Source of the DNA: Diadema antillarum
Lineage: Eukaryota
Length of the DNA stretch: 64,000 nt
Assembly (NCBI RefSeq): GCF_040938485.1
Contig: NW_027271492.1
Coordinates: forward strand, 868,001 to 932,000
Direction: 5' to 3'
Numbering within the stretch: position 1 is the stretch's first letter; every line of letters starts with the position of its first letter. Made by a program: the position numbers and the translations under genes. Under the pieces are notes generated by a model. The model was not told the DNA's origin. It searched no databases and saw only the letters and a program-made list of their open reading frames with translations. Below, piece after piece: positions 1 through 12,700 of this stretch.

Positions 1-758
1 CAGACTTAGGCAATTTTCATGTTGATTGCTGATTTATGGCTTTCTTGGTGACGACCAAATTGTTCTAGTTATGTACATATTGTTGAGATCAGAGTCCGAG
101 TTGGTACTCTGTTATTAAAGTTCCAGTTGAATGTTACATACTTGAGTAACTTAGAATTATTGTTAGCTTGTCTACACGAGTGGCATGGTTGCAAGCTGAT
201 TGTTTTGCAAAGGCTAGTATGTGACTTGTGTATGTTGTGGAGTGAATGACAGCGATGTTATTGGACATGTTTGTGTCTGTGCTCATAGTGATGTTTGTGG
301 GTGATACTGATTGATCTGAAAGTAGCACAAGAGGTAATGTAGACTACGGTAGTGTAACTTAATTCTCCTAATTATTCTTAATAACAACATCTTATATTAG
401 GTGTGGCAAGATGTCTAGGCGTAATCCAGACAGGCTCACGTCCATCGAAAACTCGGCTTAACATGAGAGTGTAGTGTGCTACCAGTTTACATTAACGAGA
501 ACAGTTATTTGTAGGAGTGCAGGGCCAGTAGTGTGGAGGTTGTGTTGTGCATGTGCTAACGTTAGTGTGTGGAATGTTATGAAGCTGACAGTTTGGCTAT
601 GACTGTTTACGTGACTGCGTGTGTGCAGTTATCGAGTTGAGCATGGCAATACTGGTAAATTACATACAGAATATGTAGTTAGAGTCTTACTGTAAATAAA
701 CATGCTGTACAGCTAATATCACATCCATTACACAATCATTTGCACTTACAAAGCTTAC

Positions 759-790
759 CTCAATTCACACGTTAAACTAGTCGAGGCCAT
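759..790 (-). CDS. Possible first coding exon of an unidentified divergent gene (MASTSLTCEL..)
   Basis: Strong Kozak gccATGG, 10 codons + 2 nt then AG|gtaagc, in a CpG-richer patch; no downstream exon identified. Confidence 0.25.
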
Positions 791-1126
791 GGCTCGCTCG
801 TGATAAGTAGTGCACGTCACAGACAGTAGTGTATAGCAGAAACTCAAACACGTGCTTACAACAGACCGCTACAGCTCAAGTGCGAACTAGATCTGCGAAC
901 GAATAGGAAGTCAGTATCCCCCCCCCCCCCCCTCCTCCTACTCTGTCTCGTAGCTGGTTAGTGTCGTTGGTGAATTAGGGCTGAATGATAAAGTTGGTCG
1001 TTTAGTCCTGGAGGTCATGTCTCCTTAAATCATGTGGTGGCAGCAGCCAAGATAGTGTGATGAGAGATTGGATGTATTTGTATATTTTATTTTGTTTTGA
1101 TACACTCTCGCGCTACAATATATACA

Positions 1127-1129
<3 letters not shown>

Positions 1130-1163
<34 letters not shown>
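1130..1163. repeat. (TA)n microsatellite
   Basis: About 17 TA units. Confidence 0.95.
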
Positions 1164-1164
<1 letters not shown>

Positions 1165-1307
1165 TGGTGCTACTTCCAGGTTTCATTTTTTTTTCTTTTG
1201 TTAAAAAAAAATACAGAGGGGACGCGCGCCCGAAGTGCCCCCTCTGGATCCGCAACTGAATCTTACTTACCTGTTGGAATCTTTAAAAAAAAAAGAGAGA
1301 GAGAATA

Positions 1308-1483
1308 CATTCAAACCGGGGAGGTGACTCTCACCTCCAAACGCCTCTAAAACGGCCACCCACGGGAGACGAAAAAGGCGGCCGTTTTAGATAGGTGGTC
1401 GCTAGACAGGGTCCTTACAGGCTTTTTTTCCTCGTGGGTGGAGATTTTTTTACGGCAGGTGGCCGCAAAGGCAGGTTTGATTG
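1308..1483. mobile_element. Small Tc1/pogo-like MITE
   Basis: ta|CATTCAAACCGG...CAGGTTTGATTG; imperfect TIRs. Confidence 0.55.
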
Positions 1484-2185
1484 TCAATGGTCAAACTTCC
1501 CCATCAATATTTTTCATTTGCGGTCATTCCGCAGTGCATGCTGCAACATTAATATTGCTTAGATGGCCTTTCATATCGCTCAGATTCTGACTTACCGAGT
1601 GATTGCGCCAGGTACGTACCAAATACACTCAAATACCGATATCGTTGTACACTAGTGTATGCGATTGGCGCATGCGAGTGCGGCGCACTCTTATTGCAAG
1701 TGAATGATGTAAACGCGTCTCTGATTGGTCCGTTTACCGTCAAAATTTTCAGTGATTAAGTTACAACTTGTATCGCTAATCTTTCCATCATTTGACATGT
1801 AAATGGATAAATCATCATGAACAGAATATTCTTGACTCATCGAATGATATTCTCTTCAAAACAAAGTGACTTGGCATGATTTCGGTTCACTAAGCTCACT
1901 TGTACGTGGGGGAGACCTCCATCACTCAGATTTGGTTTCAAACATGAAGGCTATATAATTCATGCCAACATTTTTGATAATGTTCTGGTTTCCTTATCAT
2001 GGAAAATTGCAGTCATTATTAGTTGGTAGTTCAGCTGATTCAAATGTGAGTGCCGTAATTAATGCCACAGGAACAATGGAGGGGGAAACACCGTATGGAA
2101 GCCTTTCGAAAAAAAAGTTCAGAGTGTAGCGGACCCGGAGCTCTCGCTAGCACTAACGTATTTGCTCGTCGAGTGAGGTAATAGG

Positions 2186-2215
2186 TCACGTGGTCAATAG
2201 CTCAGAAAATGGCGG
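2186..2215 (+). promoter_or_regulatory. BPTF core promoter/TSS region: GTCACGTG E-box and AAAATGGCGG YY1-type motif; CCAAT boxes (ATTGG) near 1664 and 1724
   Basis: CpG-enriched; motifs read directly from sequence; the TSS itself is not observable. Confidence 0.5.
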
Positions 2216-2353
2216 ACATCGCAGAAACTGCGTGCGATTCGTAAATAGAATGCCGATTTCGTGTTTCCTCGCGGTGCAAGTGGATCTGAAACCACGGTTA
2301 AGAGTGTGCAAGGTTACCAAGCACTCGGTAGCAGCCGCCAAGTGAATTTTAAA

Positions 2354-3738
2354 ATGAGGCGAGGACGTGGGCGACGACCAAAATCGCTTGTCGATTCTCA
2401 GGATGAGTCGCCGACAAATGCAAAGAAATCTGTCGGAGGAGTTGGACGAGGAAGGGGAGGCCACAGCAACAACTCGAGTCCAGCCAGCTCCCGTTGCAGC
2501 ACCCCTGTCAGTTTGGCCAGCAGCACCGGAGCATCTGGCCGAGGAAGATCGCCGAGATTGCGGGAGGCTGCCAGGCGAAGTCAGCGGCTTATCCAGGAGG
2601 TGATAGCGGCTCAGCACACCCCAGCAAAATCTAGCCCAGTAACTATTGGCAGGGGTAGAGGGAGTGGAAGACCCAGAGGTAGACCACCTCAGAGCAAATC
2701 AAAACCAAAACCCAAGGTAGGAAAGGGCAGAGGGAAAAAAGGCAGGCCAAAGTATGAGAGTTCAGATGATGAAGATGAAAAAGACTATGATGATGAACTG
2801 CTTGTTTCATCATCATCAGAAGAGAGTAGTAATGAAAGCTCTGACTCTAATTCACTTGGGGATGTTGACGATTTAGATGAGGACAGCGATAGTGATGGCA
2901 GCAGTGCAGCTAAAAGGAGACTATTGCTGTCTCGACCAAGCAGATCCCTAGCGCTGCCTTTCCTTGAATACGAGGAAATTCCATCTCTTGAACTTCCACC
3001 CTCAAGTACAGATCTCATGCTTGACACTGAAGATATTTTGGAGGCCCTGTCTGTGTATGAGGTGCTTAGACATTTTAGCCACCAGCTTAGATTGTCTCCT
3101 TTTCGATTTGAGGACTTCTGTGCTGCACTTTGCAGTGAAGAACAATGTACGTTATTATCAGAAACTCATCAAGCACTTTTGTACACACTCATTAAGGAAG
3201 AAGAGAGTAGCGGGACAACTTTTGGGCCTCATGACCAACGTGACAGTGTGAATGTGCAGATTTTGTTTTTGGACAGCATGACTTGGCCAGAAGTTGTGCG
3301 AGCGTACGTAGAAAGTGACAAAGAATTCAGGAGTGCCCTGGGTGCACTGGAGGGTGAAAATTACCCCTTTTCACCAGTGTCGGATAAACTGACAGTCCTA
3401 CGTCTCCTGTGTGACCAGTTCTTGGCATCGAATAGAGTGCGTGAAGAAATCCTAAGTGAGGGAGCAATCACGTATGATGATCACTGTCGTTCTTGCCATA
3501 AACTTGGAGATCTCATTTGCTGTGAAACGTGCTCGGCTGTGTATCATCTTGAATGTGTCGATCTAGTAGAAGTCCCAGAGGATGACTGGCTGTGTACTGT
3601 GTGTCAACAGCACCGTGTTGCTGGTGTGTATGACTGCATCTCTGAGGTTGAGAAAAGCGGACTCCTCATCCGACAGGAGCCCCTTGGTTATGACCGACAT
3701 GGCAGGAAATACTGGCACTTATGTAGGAGATTATTTGT
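2354..3738 (+). CDS. BPTF: BPTF exon 1 (AT-hooks, acidic tract, DDT, WHIM1, PHD1)
   Basis: ATG 2354 (aaaATGAGG); ends TTT GT|gtaagt, phase 2. Confidence 0.93.
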
Positions 3739-6700
3739 GTAAGTTGATGAGAGTCATGTACAGTGCACTCCTGTTAAATATGATGAACACAGTTATAGCG
3801 AAATTCCAGTTACAGCAAAGTAAAAATTCAGGCCACAACATTCGCTCTATGTTTTGTTTTGTTTTTAAATGTTTGTTCATTTATATTGTAACGAAACTTC
3901 AATGTAAAGAAAGAAAACTGCCAATCATAATGACTTCGTTATAACGGGAGTCCAAGTTCCTGTAAGTGTAAGATCTATCATTGATTTTGAATTTTGGAGC
4001 AATTTTCCCTCCTTCATTATGTTTCATTTTGTGAATAGATAATACTCGGCAGCAGTCATGCACAGTAGTTTATAGAGTAAAGGTGCCACATGTTCAAAAC
4101 TTTGATTACTCTATCCTGCATCAATTAGGGAAATCTGCTACTTCAAGAAGTGTACCTATGTTTGGTGACATTCAATATGAGAATCCAAAATATACCATTA
4201 ATAATGCAAAGGATAACTTATTATTTGTGTTATTGAACATCTGTTTGGCTGAATGAGTAATTTCAGTCCTGTTATTCTTGCATCTATTGTGTATGGCCTG
4301 CTTGTGTAGTTGTGTATGGGAACACTGAAAGAAAATTACCCACTTTCATTAGTGAAACATCTGCAGAATTCAAGGACATAGTGGGTTTGTATCTGTCAGA
4401 GCAGAAGTGTAGAGAGTAAGTGCTCAAGTGCTATCTTCAAAGAAACAAAAAACATAATTACAATAATTCAGATTCAGATTCATATTATTCCTTTTATTGT
4501 CCATTGAGGAAATTCTTTCTACTGGCATTTATACATGTACAAATGTGTAAAGGGAAGTATAGATCTTACTTCATTCATTCATTCATTCATTATAAAGGGT
4601 AGGATGCTAATGCACTGAAGTGGCGAATGGCCCACCTAACTACACAATACCTAAAGATCATCTTTGTGATAGGCTTGCATACAATGTAGCTCTTTGAGAA
4701 TTATTACAAGAAAGGAGAAGAAGAAGAACCTTCCAAAATATCAGATTATAATGGATGAATTCAAAAAGCCATACTGAGTACTGATTGCTGACTGTATACC
4801 AGGTATTGATTAAATTGGTGAAAAGGTATCATATTCTTCTTTAGATATTTTCACCAGCAGTGTCATCAGTTGCAACCAACATAATATGAACACATGATAC
4901 TTTGCAAGTTGTGTCACAATCAAAATTCTCTCTATATTGATCTTCAAAATTGCAGCTCATGATCATTTCAGCACACAAAGTAATTCAAAATTAGTTCTCT
5001 CCTCCCCAAGTATACAAAAGACTGGCTGAAGATTTGTGTCCTTGGATTACAGCTTGATCACTGTGGTCAAATTATCAAAACTAATGCTAAGATGTAAGTA
5101 GTCTAGATACTAGATGCCACCAGAGAACATGTAGAATTGGGGGTAAGGCAAAAAGTATGTGTACAAAATCTTGTAGTGCCAGAAAAGCAATTAGAGTAGA
5201 ATATTATAATGTTTAATGGAGTGTGTCTGGACTGACCACCAACCATGTATGTAGAAGTAGGGCCTTTTGGCCAATCAAACCTACAAGCCCAGAAGCACAA
5301 TAATCAAATCAGATTATGACTACAATCTTAACGGGTATCATGCTGTTGTCATGAAATTTAAAAAAAGAAGAAGATAAGTTTGTATCTGATTTCAAATACT
5401 ATGGTTCGCTTAGAGCTGTATGAAATGTTTTTATAATCAAATTGGATTTCCTCTGCATTGACCTTTCCCAGGGAGGGTGAAAATGAAGTCTGGTACTACA
5501 GCACCAAGCCCCAACTGGAAGAACTCTTGCATGCCCTAGATGCTAAAAAGTGGGAAGTGGACCTGTTCCAGGCCCTCACTGACAGCATGCCTGATCTCCT
5601 TGACCAGATGCAGAGGACAGAAGAACTGACGAACAGTGCCAGAGGCAACCAGAAATCTGTGCTGCAGAAAACTGCCGGTAAGTTTTCCCTCTTGCAGCTT
5701 TAAAGGAGACCTCTGGATGATTTTCAGATTTTTATGTTTGAACGAACTATAAATTAGTTTTACAGAGGACAGAGTTTCAGAATTTGTGATAATTGGGATG
5801 AAGAATAAGAATATTTTCAAAATTTAGAACAAATTGCAATGAACAAGGATGATGACATGGCAGAGTCACCATAAGAATGCATGAGTTGGGGCTCAAGGAA
5901 GCAGAACAAAAGAAGAAGGCATGCATAGATGATACTCTGGTGAACTCTCAAGGAAGCGGTATTGTAATGAAATTACACTGACACATTTCTGAAATATGTG
6001 AACCTCCTATGTCGTCATCCTTGTTCAGTGTAATTTGTTTAAGATTTTTCAAAGTATTGTTTCTCTGCTCAAGAACCACAATAAATTCCACAAACCTATA
6101 CATATAATTGTCAATTTATGTACTTCATGATGTGAAATTATGAAAATCGTCTGGAATGTCCCTTTAAAGAATATCTCATGTGTACTGTGTACTTATAGTA
6201 GTACATTGTAGTAATGTCTTTCCTTCTTTCTTTCTTTTTTTGTGCATTAGCGCAATGAGTTGTCATGCGTATGAATAAAAAATGAAAAACAAAACAAAAC
6301 AAAACATTTGACATTTTAAGTTAAAGTGCCAAAGGAAAATGATGGGAATACTGTATAAGCTGTTATTTTTGTGAAGCATTAATTTAAATGAATTTTATGA
6401 ATCACTATTGGACCACAAATTGAACAACACACACAAAAACATCTCAAACTGACAGCCATTAGTGCACTTATGATACCCTCAATGTGATCTCTTTATTCGC
6501 AAAATATCTGTAGGCGAAAATAACAGCTTGTACAGTACTCAACTGCCTACGATGACATAACCACATACACTGTAAGAAAAAATAAAAACAACTGAATAAT
6601 AACCATGAATGGGGTCATGAGTGTTAGGAGTGGAATCTATTACCAGTACATAGTTATGGATGTATAGAGTGCATAAACTCTTAATTATGTGTGGTCACAA

Positions 6701-9700
6701 GTGGAGTTATGTCTGTAATAGTTTTCAGAGAAGTCTCTGATTTCTAACTCTTGGTGACAATTAAGGCATGATACAATTATTAATCTCTGACTCTCATACC
6801 TGTATCCACTTGCTTCCTGTTTTAGACAACTAGAGCATTAGCTGTTAGATACAATGTATTTTGCTCATAACGATTATGATGACATTGTTTATGTAGGTAC
6901 AATTAATTGTCTGAGTCCTTCTTTTAAGGTATATTTTCATTGAAAGTCATATTGTGATAATACTTAGATGTTTTGTAGTGGCTCTATGTACACGTAAGGT
7001 AGGGAGTACAATTTGTTCACACTATTCACAGAAATTTGATTCAGCAGACTGTTGAAATACAGGCATAATGTATATGTGGCAATTTTAGTACACTTTATTC
7101 ATTAGTGCTATTCATGAATAATGCTACTGAACTGTGCAATCCTATTGAAATAGAAATTCTTGTTACACCAAAGTAAAATTCAGGTCCAAAAGTTTTTGCC
7201 GATACAAATCTTTATATACTGCAATGTTTGGCTGTAGAACAAAGAAAAAGAAAATTGCTGGTCCTGGGGACTTCATTATAACAGGAGTCACATGTATCTT
7301 AAAGGGTGTATACAGTTCTGGTCGAGGTGAGGATTCAGCTTTTAACGTTTTGCGAGATATTCAGAAACCACCCTATGAGATGTCAAGGAGCATGCAATTC
7401 TAAGGGGTATCAAAAGTTTATTTGATGAAAGTCGGTTTTGAAATGGCTTAGATATCCAAAAACAAGGTGAAACAAAGAGATCCTAATAAAGTTGTGGCAT
7501 GTCGCCTTTTATTATTATCACTCTTTTGGATATCTCGGCCATTTGAAAACCAATTTTCATCAAATAAACGTTGAATCCTTCTTAGAATTACATGCTCTTT
7601 CATATTTCATATGAGGTTTCTCATTATCTCACTTAAAGGACAAGTTCACCTTCATAGACATGTGGGTTGAGTGAATGCAGCAATATTAGTAGAACAAATC
7701 AATGAGAGTTTGAGGAAAATCGGACAATCCGTTCAAAAGTTATGAATTCTTGAAGTTTCTGCTCAGTCACGGCTGGATGAGAAGACTACTATAGCTTGTG
7801 ATGTCATATGAGTACAACTACATAAAGAAAGTATAAAGAAAATTCAAGATATTCTCACTTTTCTCACATAATAAAAGAACACTCGACTTCTCTCTTTCAG
7901 AAGTCAGGGGAAATAATATTACCCCTAACATAAGTCAGTAAAATGTCGAAGAAATGAGCACTTTATTCAAAATGTCAAGTTTTGTGAAATTCTCTTTTTA
8001 TTTTCTTTATATTGTTGTACGCATGTGACATCATGCACTGTAGTAGTCTTCTCCTCCAGCAGTGATTGCACAAATACTTTAAAAATTCATAACTTTTGAA
8101 CGGATTGTCGGATTTTCCCCAAACTTTCACTGATGTGTTCTACTAATATTGTTGCCCTCACTCAATCCATATGTATATGAAGGTGAACTTGTCCTTTAAG
8201 AATGTTCAAAACATGAATCCCCACCCCAACCAGTACTGTACAGTCCCTTTAAGAACCTGTGAGTGCACAATTTCTGTGCTTGGTTGTTGTGTGCTATTGA
8301 AGCAGACTTGTACCAACCACTGAGTTTTGCATGTGAAGTAGGATGAATTATTCACAGTTGGAATGCAGTGTGTATTTCTCATTTGAAAGTAATCTTACTT
8401 ACATTTTTATTTCATGGTTGATTTTGCAGAGGAGCTAAGTATCGTCAAGGCAAAGCGGGAAGAGGCATTGCTGAGAGAACAGGAGGAGAAGCGTCGGCTG
8501 GAGGAAGAGGCTGCAATGGCCAAGGCTCAGGAAGAGGCAGGAGTAAAGGAAGCCGAGACGGGGGAAGAAAAGATGGAGGTGGATGGGGCAGGTGATACAG
8601 CCACTGGTAACCAGGAAGCAAAAGAGGCAGAAAGCCAAGAGATGGACAGCAGTGCTGTGCAAGATGCAAAAGAAGCAGACAGTTCTGAGAAAAGCGAAGA
8701 GAAAGAGGAGAAACTTGATGGAGATGGAGAACAAAAGCCAAATGGTGATCAATCATCTCCTGCAGAAGACAGTGGAGATCACTCTAAAGAGCAGGATCTT
8801 GAGAAAAAGGAGGATGGTGAGAGTGAGGGCAAGGAAGGGGAAAGCAAAGGGGCGAGGGTAATGACGCGATCACGTAATCCAAACTACAAGCCACCACCCC
8901 CTAAAGCGACTCCCTATTTGACTTACACAACAAGCATTCCAACCCGCACCACCTCTACTGTAGCGTCAAGTAGATCCAAAGGGGATGATATGCTTGTCAT
9001 CAACTCAAAGGGGGAGATTAATCGTGTTGGGAAGGGAGAAGACAGGAGTATCATTACGCGGAGCACATTGCGACCTGAGTCGCTTTTCAAACTTGGCATG
9101 GAAGGAACATACAAGTCCTACAAGAATCAGTTTACGACCAACAGGCTTGCACTCAATAAGCCCCAGCATGCTGAGGAACGCGACCGCAAACGTTACCTGG
9201 TCAACAAGTTCACCCTGACACCTGCTGCCGAATTCAAATGGCACGGCAGCACTCACGGAAACCGCATCCTGACAATCTCCACCCTCCGCCTCACCATCAC
9301 GCAGCTGGAAAGCAACATCCCGAGATCCTTGATGCACACAAACTGGACTGTCCATCGCAGCAACTGGATCAAGGCAGTCCACATGTGCTCCAAGCCCCAT
9401 GCCTTTGCTCTGGCCCTTTCTGTCCTTGAATGTGCTGTCAAACCAGTGGTATTCAACTCCTACTTTGCTGAAGGACTTGGGCACATTAGGATGCAGCGGA
9501 CGTCTGCTCTAGAGAAGGAAGAGCGCAAGAAGGGGGACAGGAAGAAGAAGGATGATGATGATGAGGTCCAGTCCAACTACAGCTGGGTCAAGTACTGCTT
9601 TCCTATCAAGCATCAAGTAAGTTTGTGTGTGTGTATGTGTGTGTGTGTGTATATGAGAGTTCATCTTTGCCATTAAACCTCTTGTTGGTCAATGTGTCGT

Positions 9701-12700
9701 TCACATTTGTGATACCTGAAGATTAATTACTTCCAAGAAATCTGTAAATGTTGTGTTTTTTAGAAAAATAAAGGTAAATCGAGATACTTTTGATTCATTG
9801 ACGTTGTTATTGGGAAATGTAATGATTGCTAGAGCATTTCAGAAATAACAGCGTTACTGACAAAACATTGTCAAAGTGTTCATGTGCATAACCTGTACAT
9901 TGCCCAAAACTAGTGATGGTTTTCCGTTCAAATTTTAACGTTTCAATGTTTATCAGTGACTTTGGAAGAGTATCTAAGATGTGTGTGTTTGTGTGTGTGT
10001 GTGTGTGTGTGATTGTGTGCATATTTTCTTTCTTTTTTTGGGGGGGGGGTGGTGGGGAGGGGTTGCAAAGAGATTTACGTACATTTTTGTCATTATGCTA
10101 GTGAGTAATGGTCACTCTTGAATGCCACTTTCTTATCAGATAAATCTATGCAATTCCTAACTGTTACTTGAGTGATTACAAAAATTGATCCTGTCCACTA
10201 AATCAAATTGCTCTGACCATGGATAATGTACCAATCCAGCTGTAAAGATATCATAAACATGTAAACTCAAAATGAATGGATTTGACGAACATTTCTTTTC
10301 ATGATTTGTGTTTTCAGTTTGATGAGACTGTCACCGAACATTGGTGGCCCACTGAATAAATAATTATTTTTTAAGGGTTGCCCATGTTGGTAGTACAGTG
10401 CACTCCCGTTGTAACGAAATGCTCGGGACCAGCAGTTTTCTTTCGTTACAACGAAATTTTGTTATAACTGAACAAATACAATATATACACTGTAACAAAA
10501 ACAAGGAAACAACAAACAAATAACAAGCCCTATTTCATTCCCGAACTAACGGACATTTAGGTGTATCAGAATCTGTGTGTTTTGTAGTAAAGAACCTTCA
10601 AAACAAGAAAACGAAGTTTATTATTTTGATTTCAGATTATTGTATTACAATAACGCAAGTTCTCGAAATACGTGGGTGACACACAAAGTGAACACACAGT
10701 TACATGAAGCGTTCACCCATGCAGAGACGCTGTAAATGCTTGTTCCGCTACGTATTTTCGAAAGTGATCAGATCTGCATTTCGTTATGACGGAACACATT
10801 TCTTTTGTTTTTCTCTGTCAGTTGCGCTTGGAAAAGACTTCATTATAATGAGAATTTCGCTATAACCGTGTTCGTTATAAGCGGATTTTGTACCGTAGAC
10901 TTTTATGGTGATAATTTTGGGACCAGAAGTTTTACTTCGTTATATAACGAAATTTTGTTATAACCGTGTTTCTTGTAACGGGAGTGCACTGTACTCTTAT
11001 GCAGTACAAGACAGTTTTACTATACTGGCTTAAATTTGATACTGTAGAAATTCATCCTCATGAATACAAATTCAGTTTTACAGTATGCATCTAGAAATCG
11101 TGTTTTTCTGCCCTTCCAAGGCTCATTAAAAATACATGTTTAGCCCATGGAGGACATAGGCAAGTGTGGTTTTGTCCTTGTCAGATTGGAGTTTGTTATT
11201 TCAGAGTAAAGTAGTATAAACACAGATTTGATATCACAACTGGCACTCCACTTGACATGTCAAAACACTTCAAATCTGCCAAGGGAGGGAATATCTTGTA
11301 ACATTCTATACTGTATTTTGTTATGCTAACTGTGTTGTTATGCTAACTATGTTGTTAAGCTAACCATGTTGTTATGCTAACCATGAAACTTTAAAATTGA
11401 GGTTAGGTCCCTATATTGAAACCCAGTTATATTGAGCTCACTTACAAGGATGAGGAAGTACGGTACCGCTTTGAATTGAGGTGAGTTTGCCGGTCCTGAA
11501 TTTCCATTTCTACTGTACTTCACTGGTCTCTTTTTAGTACGTTCACAAGGTAACGGTTATAATGAGGTAGGATCAGCAGTTCCAGGGACCTTGTTATAAG
11601 TTGGTTTCCCTTTACATGTATTACCACCATTGTGAGCTTGAGTTTTAATCAGGGTGCCTTCTCGTCATTTCTGTGCATCAGGTATGGAAGCTGAAAGGGG
11701 AGGAGTATCGCATCTATGGTGGCAGCGGCTTCGGCTGGCACAGTGCAACCAGGAAGAGGAGACCCCTCCCACCTCCAAGTCCTGCCAAGATTGGGCTGGA
11801 ACGAAGTATCAAGGCAGCCAAGGCTTGTAAGCACTTTTCCCTAGCTTTAGCCTGTTCGACCCAGCTTAAGAGGATGGTGAAGTCAACATTGTTTCAGATA
11901 ATTGTGTCATGTAATGGATGACTACAGCAGTGATATTGTCACTTTCAGGCACTTGAATTATGTATCTATTTTGTACCCCCTGCCCCAAAAGGTGTTTCTT
12001 TCATTATGTTTTGGGTCATTCTGCTTCCATCCTACCTACATCTCCAGGGCTCAACATTAGTATTGGCCTGGGACGACTAAAAATTGATGTTGAGCGACTG
12101 ACTTTCCAAGAAGGTTTTGTTTTGGTGGTCTGATCAGGCAACAAAGATATGATATTGGTTCCCCATACATGTTTGTGTCTATTGTGGGCCCAAAAATTTC
12201 AGATTTAAAGAATTAACCCAAATTGGCCACGAGAAGAATGAAAAAAGAAATAGTATGGAGCCATGGTCTCTTTTCACAGTACTAATGGATTTTTTTTTTT
12301 TTTTTTTTATGCTTGTCCATTGTAAGCTAAATGAGATGAATATGCTCTGATTAATATTGTGCAATATTCTCAACATCACAGGTCAAAGTTCACAGAGCTT
12401 TGGCTAAAGATGAAATTTTAAGCTGTTACACTGAAGGTGAAAGGTCATCTACATCATGTGAAGAGGTCATTAATTCAACTCAAAATTTCTTGTGGTAGTG
12501 TCATTTTGGTGGGAAGAGAAGCAATGACTTTATTTTGAATTGAATGAGCATGATAGTGAGACGGGTTGCAGGTCATGGGAAACAGACGTTGTGCATTTAT
12601 TTAGATATTTTTCAGCTATAACTTCAGCCTGGCTTGTCCTGTAATAAGTTCAGCTTGGCATATGTCCACTTGTAATATTAGTTGGTAAGGATAGAAAGGA

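Noticed and set aside
134-328. 64-aa minus-strand ORF as an exon of the putative upstream gene
   Set aside because: No convincing phase-compatible splice sites or protein motif.
2261-2353. ORF-track start of the 493-aa ORF at 2261
   Set aside because: It is a GTG codon; the in-frame ATG at 2354 gives the BPTF-like [11 protein letters not shown]-terminus.
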